Assembly (NCBI RefSeq): GCF_006345805.1 | Contig: NW_021823902.1 | Span: 1 to 21,511 of the forward strand | DNA length: 21,511 nt | Source of the DNA: Octopus sinensis | Taxonomy: Eukaryota | Direction of reading: 5' to 3' | Part shown: piece by piece, positions 1 through 10,675 of the stretch | Numbering within the stretch: the first letter of the stretch is position 1 | Layout of the letters: every line of letters begins with the position of its first letter | The notes under the pieces: model-generated | Told to the model about the DNA's origin: nothing | What the model saw: only the letters and a program-made list of their open reading frames with translations | Database searches by the model: none | Made by a program: the position numbers and the translations under genes

Positions 1-399
1 GAGAGTGAGTGGTGACGGCGTTCGTTTTGTGTTTTTTAATGTCTCAGAGAGGACCAAAGAGAGAAAGAAAGAGAGAGAGAGAGAAAGAGAGAGTGGGTGG
101 TGACGGCGTTCATCGCAAGAGAAGTCGATACAAAGATACATGTACACGTTGTTAAATCAAAAGCGGGAGAGAAAATGGGCGCAAAGGAAGAGAAAGAGAG
201 AGACAGACAGATAGACGGTAGATACTTAAGTCAATAGATATTTAGACACAGCAAATATTGGATGGCAATTTCAGTTTTGAAGACAACTAAAACAGTTCCG
301 GTCAGTGGCAAAGCAACAGGTAGGGAGGGAGGGAGAGAGGTGAAAACTTCGTTGTGGACTGACACTTGTCTGTCTGCTTGCCTCTCTCTAGGTATAAGA
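1..399 (-). repeat. Unclassified repeat fragment with (GA)n and a duplicated gagagtg(a/g)gtggtgacggcgttc motif; possible Helitron-like 5' end
   Basis: Direct repeat near 1 and 88. Minus strand begins TCTTATACCTAG at 399. Confidence 0.25.
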
Positions 400-400
400 C

Positions 401-910
401 GGCGAGCTGGCAGAGACGTTAGCACGCCGGGCGAAATGCTTAGCGGTATTTCGTCTGCCGTTACGTTCTGAGTTCAAATTCCGCCGAGGTCCACTTTGCC
501 TTTCATCCTTTCGGGGTCGATAAATTAAGTACCAGTTACGCACTGGGGATCGATGTAATCGACTTAATCCGTTTGTCTGTCCCCTCTATGTTTAGCCCCT
601 TGTGGGTAGTAAAGAAATAGGTATTTCGTCTGTCGTTACGTTCTGAGTTCAAATCCCGCCGAGGTCGACTTTGCCTTACATCCTTTCGGGGTCGATTAAA
701 TAAGTACCAGTTACGCACTGGGGTCGATATAATCGACTTAATCCGTTTGTCCGTCCTTGTTTGTCCTCTCTGTGTTTAGCCCCTTGTGGGTAATAAAGAA
801 ATAGGTATGTGTTTGTGTATAAATGGGTCGATATAATCGACTTAATCCGTTTGTCTGTCCTTGTTTGTCCCCTCTGTGTTTAGCCCCTTGTGGGTAGTAA
901 AGAAATAGGT
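401..910 (+). mobile_element. tRNA-derived SINE (family A), tandem array 1: one headed unit, one headless unit, one partial unit
   Basis: A-box-like TGGCAGAGACGTTAG; B box GAGTTCAAATTCC; body gactttgcctttcatcctttcggggtcgat; units end aaagaaataggt at about 622, 806 and 910. Confidence 0.85.
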
Positions 911-1033
911 ACTTAGTTTATCGAGCCCCAAAAGGATGAAAGGCAAAGTCGCCTTCAGCAGAATGTAAAGATAGAAGGTCATAATACACAAACATTTCTC
1001 ATGGCACTAGTACACTGTTTAAGATGCTTACAT

Positions 1034-1276
1034 GGATCTTTTCTTTTTGAAAGCCAGATTTTTCAGATTTTTCTAGTTAACTAAATAATTTGAAACTTCG
1101 TATACTGGTAGAATGTGTCAAAAGAAAACAATAATTTCAACTAGTTTTTTTGACAAAAATGTATTTTATAAGTTTATACGTAGTTTAAATCTGCGAATTT
1201 TAACCAATCGTATTCTCTGTATTGAGTTGAAATTATTTGCCCCGTCTAAACATATTGTTACTGTGACGTAAACAAC
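1034..1276 (+). mobile_element. Fragment of a non-autonomous repeat, inverted relative to 2306-2770
   Basis: ggatcttttc...gaaacttcgtatactggtagaatgtgtcaaaa...tgttactgtgacgtaaaca is the reverse complement of sequence at about 2540-2770. Confidence 0.7.
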
Positions 1277-2013
1277 ACACCCGTACTGTTTACTTTGGAT
1301 GAATAATAAACACATATTCAGTGTTTTTTGTATAGGCTTCGGGTGTTTTCTCTATACAATGTATATATTTACTATAAACTTGTGCACACGCTTTGATTCT
1401 TCAGTTTGACACACGCCTTGAACCGGTTATTTGGCCTGTATGCACCCACATACACACACGTACCCATCCATACACATACTCGCACATAATCAGGGCCCCT
1501 CTGCGGTTTCGCTCGTCAATGTGCTAGGAATAACACCCAAATCCCCTTAAAACCATATACTACTGGGTTAAAGGAAGGGTACATTGGCTAATATAATCAT
1601 AGATGCTATATCTGAAAAAAAGGGGGGGGCGCAAAAATACGGGTTGGTCATAGTTGGAACCTTTTGATCCTCAACCGGGTTTATCAGGATGACCTGAGTT
1701 AAATAGCAATAACAATATATTTGTAATATTGATTATAGACACAAAGCATATATTTTGGGGTGAGTGGAGGGTATAATATTTATATCGATCTCCAATACTT
1801 GATCGATGTATTTTCTCGACCGTGGAAGAACAGACGGCTTGTTTTGAATTCCGGTGAGGGTTGAAACCCGAACGTATAGGACCGTATCCCTAAACATTCT
1901 AACAGTCCTTTACCAAGCCCTTGTCAGCATGTAATATCATCTGATCCACATTATCTCTCTATTATTTGTCCACGTGTAAAAATATATCATCAAGGTGACA
2001 TAGTTAAACTTCG

Positions 2014-2124
2014 ATGTTTTCTTTTGACACATCCTACCAGTATACGAAGTTTCAAATTGTTTAGTTAACTAGGAAAATCTGGCTTTCAAAAGGAAAAGAT
2101 CCAAAACGTGAAAATCAGACAAAA
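2014..2124 (+). repeat. 111-bp direct repeat of 2682-2792
   Basis: Near-identical (2 mismatches seen), offset 668 bp. Confidence 0.85.
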
Positions 2125-2305
2125 GCTGGCAGAATCGGTAGTGCATCGGATAAAATGCCTAGCGTCATTTCTTACGAATCTTTACGTTCCGTGTTCGAAT
2201 ATTGCTGAGCTTTCCTTCTTTCGGGCGGCGCTTATAGAATAAGAATCGACTAGTTCTTCCCATCAGCTTCAGGCCTTGTACTTACTGGGGAAAGAAATAT
2301 TATTA
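2124..2305 (+). mobile_element. Old diverged monomeric SINE related to family A
   Basis: agctggcagaatcggtag head; ttacgttccgtgttcgaat B box; aggccttgta...gaaagaaatattatta tail. Confidence 0.6.
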
Positions 2306-2770
2306 AGGAAGGGGGTGGGCAGTTAAAATGTTTTAAAACGTGGATTTTTCAGAAAAATAAGATTTAATGCGAATTACATGTATTTTAGAGTGACGAAAAT
2401 TACCGAAACCCCTCCAAAAATTTACCATCGAAATTTCATTTTATTCTCGACAGCTATTTCGAAAGCCCACCGTATTTTTATTATTATTCTGTCTGTTTAG
2501 GACTTTGTTATATGGGACGGTGATGTTTAAACAAAATAGCTGTTTACGTCACAGTAACAATATTTTGAGATGCAGTAAATAATATGAGGCCGAAAGAAAG
2601 AATATCATTGGTTAAAATTCGAATTTTTAAACAACGTTAAACTTAGAAATTACAATTCCGTTTTCATTTTGGTTTACAATTATGTTTTCCTTTGACACAT
2701 TCTACCAGTATACGAAGTTTCAAATTGTTTAGTTAACTAGGAAAATCTGGCTTTCAAAAGGAAAAGATCC
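2306..2770 (-). mobile_element. Unclassified non-autonomous repeat (probably DNA-type)
   Basis: Right part is shared with 1034-1276 (inverted) and 2014-2102 (direct). Left boundary is approximate. Confidence 0.5.
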
Positions 2771-2822
2771 AAAACGTGAAAATCAGACAAAATTGGAATT
2801 TCTTTGAGTAATATATATATAT

Positions 2823-2958
2823 ACTGCTATTTCAAGTGTGGTGGTATCTCTTAGATACCCTAAATTATAATTTTAAATAATTATTACCTTTGAAAGGTTT
2901 TTAATCTCATGCTCGCCACCTGATAAGATCGGTATTTAAATATCGATCGTATCCTTAT
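2823..2958 (+). repeat. Dispersed (TA)n-associated repeat with terminal hairpin; second copy inverted at 19102-19238
   Basis: actgctatttcaagtgtggtggtatctctt...ccacctgataagatc matches the reverse complement of 19102-19238. Confidence 0.75.
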
Positions 2959-2967
2959 CTATATGAA

Positions 2968-3268
2968 TACATGTCACATCAAGGACGACCAGCCCACCTT
3001 CTGGGTTTACATAGACTGTACTTGTCTGCAGAGCCAAGTCTTTTCGAACCAATACTACTACATCCGCTCGCCCTTCGGTCCGGCTAGGAGACATGATTTT
3101 CTCGTAGTCATTCAGGCGGGGCAAGAAGGCTTGGAGACTGTCCAGCTTGGTCTCGGTAGCACCATCACATGCATATCGTGTGATCTGAGGTCGTCGAGAA
3201 AAACAAGCTTGCTTCCACTTCGAGCTCGGACCACGCGCATTCAAACACCCAAGGTTAAGTGCAGTCAT
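2968..3268 (-). pseudogene. Non-LTR retrotransposon (L1/Tx1-like) ORF2 N-terminus, AP endonuclease domain, truncated and frameshifted
   Basis: LNLGCLNARG...K, ETKL, DVVVLVRK and NPEGGLVVLDV match APE motifs (NxxG, ET, GVA.L, D..GR). The expected segment LDDLRSHDMHVMVL sits in the adjacent frame, implying two compensating frameshifts. Confidence 0.8.
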
Positions 3269-4478
3269 TTAAAACAAAAGAAAAACAAGGGTTCTACTTA
3301 CTCTTTGACTTTTTCCTTTATTGGTGATGCTGGGGCTGACCTCACCACACGTGAGGGGCAGTCCTTTCCTCCTGCTCCTTCAAAAACTCCTTCAAATACC
3401 GCGGAAGGTCTGGGATGCTCGTGATGGTTCTCGGGTACCTACCCTTCATTTCATTGTACAGTTTTTCAGGTATCCAGGCACGTCTCTCTTCCGTGCCTTC
3501 GAGCTGCTGCAACAGCTCCACGGTGTGGTGGTTTTTTAATGTGTCTATGATATATTTATCCCGAGCTGGCAGAAACGTTAGCACGCCGGGCGAAATGCGT
3601 AGCCGTATTTCGTCTGCCGTTACGTTCTGAGTTCAAATTCCGCTGAGGTCGACCTTTGCCTTTCATCCTTTCGAGGTCGATTAAATAAGTACCAGTTACG
3701 CACTGGGGTCGATATAATCGACTTAATCCGTGTGTCTGTCCTTGTTTGTCCTCTTTGTGCTTAGCACCTTGAGGGCAATAAAGAAATAGGTATTTCGTCT
3801 GCCGTTACGTTCTGAGTTCAAATTCCGCCGAGGTCGACTTTGCCTTTAATCCTTTCGGGGTCGATTAAATAAGTACCAGTTACGCACTGGGGTCGATATA
3901 ATCGACTTAATCCGTGTGTCTGTCCTTGTTTGTCCTCTCTGTGTTTAGCCCCTTGTGGGTAGTAAAGAAATAGGTATTTCGTCTGGCGCTACGTTCTGAG
4001 TTCAAATTCCGCTGAGGTCGACTTTGCCTTTAATCCTTTCGAGGTCGATTAAGTAAGTACCTGTTACGCACTGGGGTCGATATAATCCGTGTGTCTGTCC
4101 TTGTTTGTCCTCTCTGTGTTTAGCCCCTTGTGGGTAGTAAAGAAATAGGTATTTCGTCTGCCGTTACGTTCTGAGTTCAAATTCCGCCGAGGTCGACCTT
4201 TGCCTTTAATCCTTTCGAGGTCGATTAAATAAGTACCAGTTACGCACTGGGGTCGATATAATCCGTGTGCCTGTCCTTGTTTGTGCTCTTTGTGTTTAGC
4301 CCCTTGTGGGTAGTAAAGAAATAGGTATCCAGGGTTTTTGTTCTGTCCTTTTTCTTTTCTCTTCTGGGACAGTGGAGCTTCTCTTCATATTTTCAACACT
4401 AGGGGAGGGTGAGATCTTTATATCCCCACCCTCTTCTTTCATTCTCTCAAAAAGCTCGGAGACCTTCTCCGTATGCAT
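3269..4478 (-). mobile_element. Probable upstream (ORF1 3' end) part of the same LINE, split by SINE array 2
   Basis: Purine-rich K/E/R-rich frames on both sides of the array rejoin as ..KTLDKYIIDTLKNHH.. when the array and one tatcc are removed. Directly precedes the APE ATG. Confidence 0.5.
3562..4326 (+). mobile_element. SINE family A tandem array 2 (one headed plus three headless units)
   Basis: Units end aaataggt at 3791, 3975, 4150 and 4326 (periods 184, 175, 176). tatcc on both flanks (3557-3561, 4326-4330) may be a target-site duplication. Confidence 0.88.
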
Positions 4479-5815
4479 TACTACATTATTACACCAAATA
4501 GCGGCTACTGCCGCGAATTTTTTGCTGGCTCACGCAGTTGGTTTGTTTCTTGAATTATTTCGACCGACATAATTCGTTCGAAATAAATCTATACACAATT
4601 TAATCCCAGAAAATGGGAAACCTATAGTTTTTTTTACTTTTTTTTTTCTCTCAACGAGGACAACAGTTCAAATCCCACCCCCGCTGGCGGGCGAGACGTA
4701 ACAACAAAGCCTACAACATTCGAAATTTCTGGGTTTTTTTCCCCACACAAAATTAAAATACAGAATCCCAAAATATTTTTTCCTCACAACGAGGACAACA
4801 GTTCAAATCTCACCCACGCTAGGGGCCGGTGCCACAATAGAGCCTACAACGGCTAAAATTTAATTTTTCACGCAGTAGTAAATTGTTTATCCCCAAAACC
4901 GGGAAACCTATAATATTTCGGCAATCTTTCGTCTCTAGTAGACCTTTCCGTCGATTTCCGTAAAAAAATTTATTTTTTTTTACATATGGGCTTGCGGGAA
5001 CTTTTGAAGTAATGAGAGCGAAAGAGACTAAGAGAAAGCGATTTTATGACGAGGGAAGTTCTTTTGAAGTTACCGTCCAGGGGAAGCATTGATGTACATG
5101 TGCGTGTGTGTTTGATGAGGTGTGGGAGACAGACAGTATGTTGTGTAAGGGAAGTGCTTCTGTTAGTGTGTGTGAAGAGACAGAGTAATGTGTGAAAGAA
5201 AGAGATAACTGAAATTTTTTACTCGGTGTATGTGTATATGTATGTATATTACTTCAAAAGTTCCCGCAAGCCCATATGTAAAAAAAAAAATTTTTTTTTT
5301 ACGGAAATCGACGGAAAGGTCTACTAGAGACGAAAGATTGCCGAAATATTATAGGTTTCCCAGTTTTGGGGATAAACAATTTACTACTGCGTGAAAAATT
5401 AAATTTTAGCCGTTGTAGGCTCTATTGTGGCACCGGAAATCTACTAGAGACGAAAGATCGCCAATATTTCTTTACCCTGAATGAGGATAACAGTTCAAAT
5501 CCCGCCCCCGCTGGAGTCGGGGGGGGGACGACAATAAAGCCTACAACGGCTTTAATAATTTCAATATATCAACAAGTTCACGACGGCAAAAATGGCTTTA
5601 CACAAACAATTGCTTTCTCCCGTCACCGAGAAAAAAGCTCAGAAATTTTCAAAGTTTCAAAGCTCGACAATGTTCAACAGTTCGAAAATATTCAACAATA
5701 AACATTTAACAAATTCCAACAGAAAAATTATCCAACGTTCAACAAAATGTTTGACTCACCGCCAGAAAAAAAAAAAACACGTCTATCCGCGACAGAGGTA
5801 AGCGAACGACTAACC
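4479..5815. repeat. Complex unclassified repeat with three aacagttcaaatc...gcctacaac subrepeats and a 188-bp inverted duplication
   Basis: Subrepeats near 4661, 4797 and 5489. Arms 4826-5013 and 5248-5436 are near-perfect reverse complements. Outer limits are approximate. Confidence 0.65.
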
Positions 5816-5823
5816 ACGAGGCA

Positions 5824-6580
5824 GCGAGCTGGCAGAGACGTTAGCACGCCGGGCGAAATGCGTGGACGTATTTCGTCTGCCGTTACGTCCTGAGTTCAAA
5901 TTCCGCCGAGGTCGACTTTGCCTTTCATCCTTTCGGGGTCGATTAAGTAAGTAACAGTTACGCACTGGGGTCGATATAATCGACTTAATCCGTTTGTCTG
6001 TCCTCTGTGTTTAGCCCCTTGTGGGTAGTAAAGAAATAGGTATTTCGTCTGCCACTACGTTCTGAGTTCAAATTCCTCTGAGGTCGACTTTGCCTTTCAT
6101 CCTTTCGGGGTCGATTAAATAAGTACCAGTTACGCACTGGGGTCGATATAATCGACTTAATAGATATTAAGTCTATCCTTGTTTGCCCTCTCTGTGTTTA
6201 GCCCCTTGTGGGTATTAAAGAAAAATGTATTTCGTCTGCTACTACATTCTGAGTTCAAATTCCGCTATGGTCGACTTACCTTTAATCCTTCGGGGTCGAT
6301 TAAGTAAGTACCAGTTATGCACTGGGGTCGATATAATCGACTTAATCCGTTTGTCTGTCCTTGTTTGTCCTCTTTGTGTTTAGCCCCTTGTGGGTAATAA
6401 AGAAATAGGTATTTCGTCTGCCACTACGTTCTGAGTTCAAATTCCGCTAAGGTCAACTTTGCCTTTCATCCTTTCGGGGTCGATTAAATAAGTACCAGTT
6501 ACGCACTGGAGTCGATATAATCGACTTAATCCCTTTGTCCTCTCTGTGTTTAGCCCCCTGTGGGTAGTAAAGAAATAGGT
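5824..6580 (+). mobile_element. SINE family A tandem array 3 (one headed plus three headless units)
   Basis: Head gcgagctggcagagacgttag; units end at about 6041, 6228, 6410 and 6580. Confidence 0.88.
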
Positions 6581-6619
6581 AAGCAAGTTACTTACCACAC
6601 AGCCACTCCTACGCCAACT

Positions 6620-6820
6620 CTAAGCTCAAACCTGGAATTTTATGGAGATAGGGACAAATCAGTCATATCAACCCAGTACACAACTGGTACTTCTTTGAAC
6701 CTCAAACGATGACAGGCAAAGTCTACCTTGGCAGATTTTCAACTTAGAACATAAAGATGGGTCAAACACTGTTAAGCATCTTGTTCCCTGGGGGTAGGGG
6801 TTCGGCCAGCTCACCTCCTT
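6620..6820 (-). mobile_element. Old diverged family A-related SINE
   Basis: ctggtactt...gatgacaggcaaagtctaccttggcag...gccagctcacc is the reverse complement of the family A body and head. Confidence 0.6.
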
Positions 6821-6831
6821 AGTAATAATAA

Positions 6832-7319
6832 TTTTTATTTGTTTCAGTCATTTGACTGTGGCCATGCTGGAGCACCACCTTTAGTCGAACAAATCGACCC
6901 CAGCACTTATTCTTTGTAAGCCTAGTACTTATTCTATCAGTCTCTTTTGCTGAACCACTAAGTTATGGGGACGTAGACAAGCCACCATCGGATGTCAAGC
7001 AATGTTGGGAGGACAAACACAGACACACACATATATATATACATATATATATTTATCAAAAGAAAAACATGATGCAAAGGATTTAGCGGTACATATGTTT
7101 CTGGCTTTTATTGGTACAATTATCAAGTATTCACCCTGAATTTTTTATATATATATACATATATATGATGGGCTTCTTTCAGTTTCCATCTACCAAATCC
7201 ATTCACAAGGCTTTGGTCGGCCCGAGGCTATAGTAGAAGACACCTGCCCAAGGTGCCACGCAGTGGGACTGAACCCAGAACCACGTGGCTGGTAAACAAG
7301 CTACTTACCACACAGTCAC
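6832..7319 (-). mobile_element. tRNA-derived CORE-like SINE (family B) with about 90 bp inserted in its internal (TA)n
   Basis: Reverse complement of 18663-19075 (gtgtggtaagtagcttg head, gggttcagtcc B box, ggtgctccagcatggcc tail). Confidence 0.85.
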
Positions 7320-7344
7320 AATAATAATAATAATAACAATAATA

Positions 7345-7772
7345 ATCCTTTCTACTATAGGCACAAGGCCTGGAACTTTGGGGGAGGGGGCAAATCAATT
7401 ATATCAGCCCCAGTATATAACTGGTACTTATTTCATTAACCCCAAAAGGATGAAAAGCAAAGTTGACTTTGGCAGAACTTGAACTCAGAACATAAGGGTT
7501 GATGAAATGCCAGTAAGCATTTTGCCTGGCGTGCTAACGATTCTGCTAGCTCATCACCTTTATAATGATGATAATTATTTCTACCCTACGCCGTTACAAG
7601 GCCTGAAATTTTGCTGTGAGGCGGGGGACTAGTTGATTATATCGACCCCAGTGCTCAATGGTCATTTACTTCCTTTGACCTCAGTGAAATTTGAACTCAG
7701 AATGTTAAAGACAGACGAAATGCTGCTAAACGTTTTGTCCGTCGTGTTTAACAATTCTGCCAGCTTGCAACT
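7345..7772 (-). mobile_element. Two old family A-related SINE monomers (about 7345-7560 and 7575-7772)
   Basis: Each has acaaggcctg(g/a)aa tail, ttgaactcagaa B-box complement and ttctgc(t/c)agct head complement. Confidence 0.7.
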
Positions 7773-7785
7773 TAAAAATATATCA

Positions 7786-8205
7786 TATTCATCATCTTCA
7801 TCATCATCATCATCGTCTTCATCATCATCATTATCATCATCGTCGTCGTCTTCTTCTTCGTCATCATCGTCTTCATCATCATCATTGTCTTCATCATCAT
7901 CATCGTCTTCATCATCATCATCATTGTCTTCATCATCATCATTGACTTCATCATCGTCTTCATCATCATCATCGTCTTCATCGTCATCATCATCGTCATC
8001 GTCATCATCATCATCATCGTCGTCTTCATCGTCATCATCTTCATCGTCATCGTCATCATCGTCGTCGTCATCGTCATCATCATCAACGTCATCGTCATCA
8101 TCATCATCATCTTCATCATCATCATCATCTTCATCATCATCATCTTTGTCATCATCATCATCATTGTCATTGCCTTCATTGTCGTCGTCGTCATCATCAT
8201 CATCA
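7786..8205. repeat. Compound (CAT/CGT/CTT)n microsatellite, probably the expanded tail of the adjacent SINE
   Basis: Trinucleotide periodicity. Abuts the family C SINE in the same way as the short (CAT)n at 14894-14918. Confidence 0.9.
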
Positions 8206-8440
8206 TTAAACGTCTGTTTTCTATGCTGGCATGGGTTGAACGGTTTGGCTGAAAACTGGTAAGCCGGAGAGCTGCACCATGTTCCATTCTGAACTTGGCT
8301 TGGTTTCTACAGCTGGATGCCCATCCTGATGCCAAAACACTCCAAGAGAGTACCAGGTACTCTTTACGTGCCACCAGCACCGATGCCAGTTACGAAACAC
8401 CAGCATCGGCCACGACTACAATCTCACTTGGCTCGACGGC
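8206..8440 (-). mobile_element. Partial SINE (family C, (ATG)n-tailed)
   Basis: aacgtc...atgct(g/a)gcatgggttg, gctgcacc, acagctggatgccc and gtgccacc are shared with 14894-15155. Confidence 0.75.
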
Positions 8441-8741
8441 AGAAATAACAACAAAATGAACATCAGGTAATTACAACACAAATGATTTAATTCCAAAACA
8501 ATTCATCTTTGTATAAATAACCTTTGAAAAATTAACATTGATCAACATTTAAAATGGTTATGAAATACAGAGTCAGTTTCCTTAGTTTCGCATTCAATGT
8601 TTGCAAAAGAAAATATGGCTGTCAAACAATGAAGGCTCCCGTGACCTGATCTTTTGTATTTCAGCTGCGTGTTTGACAATATTGAAGTATTGGATAAACT
8701 TCCAATATTTTAGTGTGCATGATATTAGACATTATAAGCGG

Positions 8742-9120
8742 TGTAGTAAAGATTGTTTGTCAACATAACGTGGTAGTTCTGGTTTAGGACAAATGTTGCT
8801 GTAATTTAGCCCCACGAGACATCGTCTCCAGCTGGCTATACGACACAATCTTTGTCCTTATCTTTTCGAACAAGGGAATCTAGCACCCCCACTCAGCTCA
8901 AAACAATATCTGTGTATCGCGATTTCCAGGTTATTTTCCTTCCTCAGCACAGAATAATCGCTCGCCTGAGTGGGGATGCTAGACTCCCTTTTTTTGAAAA
9001 TATACGGACACAGATCGTGTCATATAGCCAGCTGGAGACGATGTCTCATGGGGCTAAATTACAGCAACATTCGTCCTAAACCAGGACTGCCATGTTATGT
9101 TGGCAAACAATTTTAATACA
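8742..9120. mobile_element. Foldback MITE with about 170-bp imperfect inverted arms
   Basis: For example aatgttgctgtaatttagcccca.gagacatcgtctccagctggctata (about 8792-8840) pairs with tatagccagctggagacgatgtctc.tggggctaaattacagcaacatt (about 9023-9071). Confidence 0.85.
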
Positions 9121-9844
9121 AGGTACTGTTGCTGAATATCTCATGTTGTGAGATTTAAGATTAGTAATTTTATTATTATAAGCATTTATAGAGAAACATG
9201 TAAAGCAACCACTAAAAGGACGAAAAAAACCTCTGTGTCTATCATTTACGAGGTTTATAATTTCTGAATATGCAACAAAGCTTCTGCTACCACCATCTGC
9301 TTTTGGGTTAACTAGACAATCATTCGTTTGCTTAGCTCTAGCAGGATAGGTAATTCTACAACATAGCAAAAAGTCCCATCTGAGTTTTGATAAGTTTTAA
9401 TGATATGAAGATCCAACCCGCACCCAATCTGAACGAATTTTAAACGTAAATAAACTCTTTACTGTTTTGCTTCAGTCGTTTGACAGTGGCCATGCTGGAG
9501 CACCACCTTTTGTCGAGTGTGATCGCATATTTGCGTCGACCGTTGTCAAGGGGGGTTAAACGTAACAAACACTAAATCAAGATGAATAATGAGTGATGTC
9601 ACCACTCCACAACAGGACTTTAGTCATATTGTGTATTGCCCAGCAAAGCGGCACGCATGGATCACTGCTGACATCAGCAGGATTTGAACTCAAAACACTT
9701 AGGGTTTTTACAACTGAATAATTTGCGACATTCTACCGATTCTACCGACCCCTGCAGCCAGACCCTGTTCAGCATTAATTTTGCTAGGTTGCGTTTAATC
9801 AAGCTTCTCTGAAACTATAAAAGGAGGTTATAATTGTAGCATTC

Positions 9845-10065
9845 GTAGTAGTAGTAGTAGTGGCAGTAGTAGCAGTAGGGGTAGTAGTAGTAGTGGCAGT
9901 AGTAGTAGTATTGTCAGTAGTAGAAGTAGTAGTAGTATAATAGTAGTAGTAGTAGTGGTGGTGGTGGTGGTAGAAGTAGTAGTAGTAGTAGTGGAAGTTG
10001 TAGTAGTAGTAGTAGCAGTTGTAGTAGTAGTGGCAGTTGTAGTAGTAGTAGTAGTGGTGGTAGTA
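9845..10065. repeat. (GTA/GTG)n microsatellite
   Basis: Direct inspection. Confidence 0.9.
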
Positions 10066-10104
10066 TTGGCAGTAATACAGATAGAGGTGATGGGGGGGGG
10101 GTCG

Positions 10105-10600
10105 GATGCCTCAGTCCATTGGCCACAATAGGTCACACCCTCAGTCTACTAAGCGCCAACGCCTACTCATAACACAAGCTGCAGTGTATGAAATAACAGA
10201 CACAGTAGTAGCAGTAATGATAATAGTGGTGGTCATCGTAGGAAAGGCCTGCCCAGTCCATCAGGCTGCTTCCAGGTCACACCCCTTGTCCACTGAAAAG
10301 CCAATGAGAAAAAGCTGTGGTATATGCAATAGCGTTAGTGGTGGTGATGGTGGCAGCGCACAGGATATGCCTGCTCAGTTTATTAGGCTGCAAGCAGGTC
10401 ACACCCTGTGTTCAGTCGAAGCGAAAGGCACCTCAATAGAGAAAAAGCTGTAACATATATATATATATATTAAGAGCAATAGAAGTCGTAATGATGATGA
10501 TGGTGGTGATTGGGATATGCCTGCTCAGTCCATCAGGCTGTGTTCAGGTCACACCCTGTGTCCAATCAAAGCCAAAGGCACCTCAACATAGAAAAAGCTG
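10105..10600 (-). repeat. Four degenerate copies of the annexin C-terminal codons, stop and proximal 3' UTR
   Basis: Copies at about 10510-10600, 10363-10451, 10241-10318 and 10105-10182 align to 11080-11151; all share aggtcacaccc on the plus strand. Confidence 0.8.
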
Positions 10601-10602
10601 TC

Positions 10603-10640
10603 TATATATATATATATGTGTGCGTTTGTGTGTGTATACA

Positions 10641-10675
<35 letters not shown>

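Noticed and set aside
262-718. Short ORFs overlapping the SINE arrays (also 3415-3630, 4306-4572, 5366-5801)
   Set aside because: They run across repeat boundaries, often from non-ATG starts, with no recognisable domain.
3562-4326. Hammerhead ribozyme within the family A SINE unit (true retrozyme)
   Set aside because: The minus strand has GGAUGA...CGAAA but I found no CUGANGA core with proper stems on either strand.
7633-8380. Poly-Ser and poly-Met ORFs
   Set aside because: Translations of a (CAT)n microsatellite with SINE flanks.
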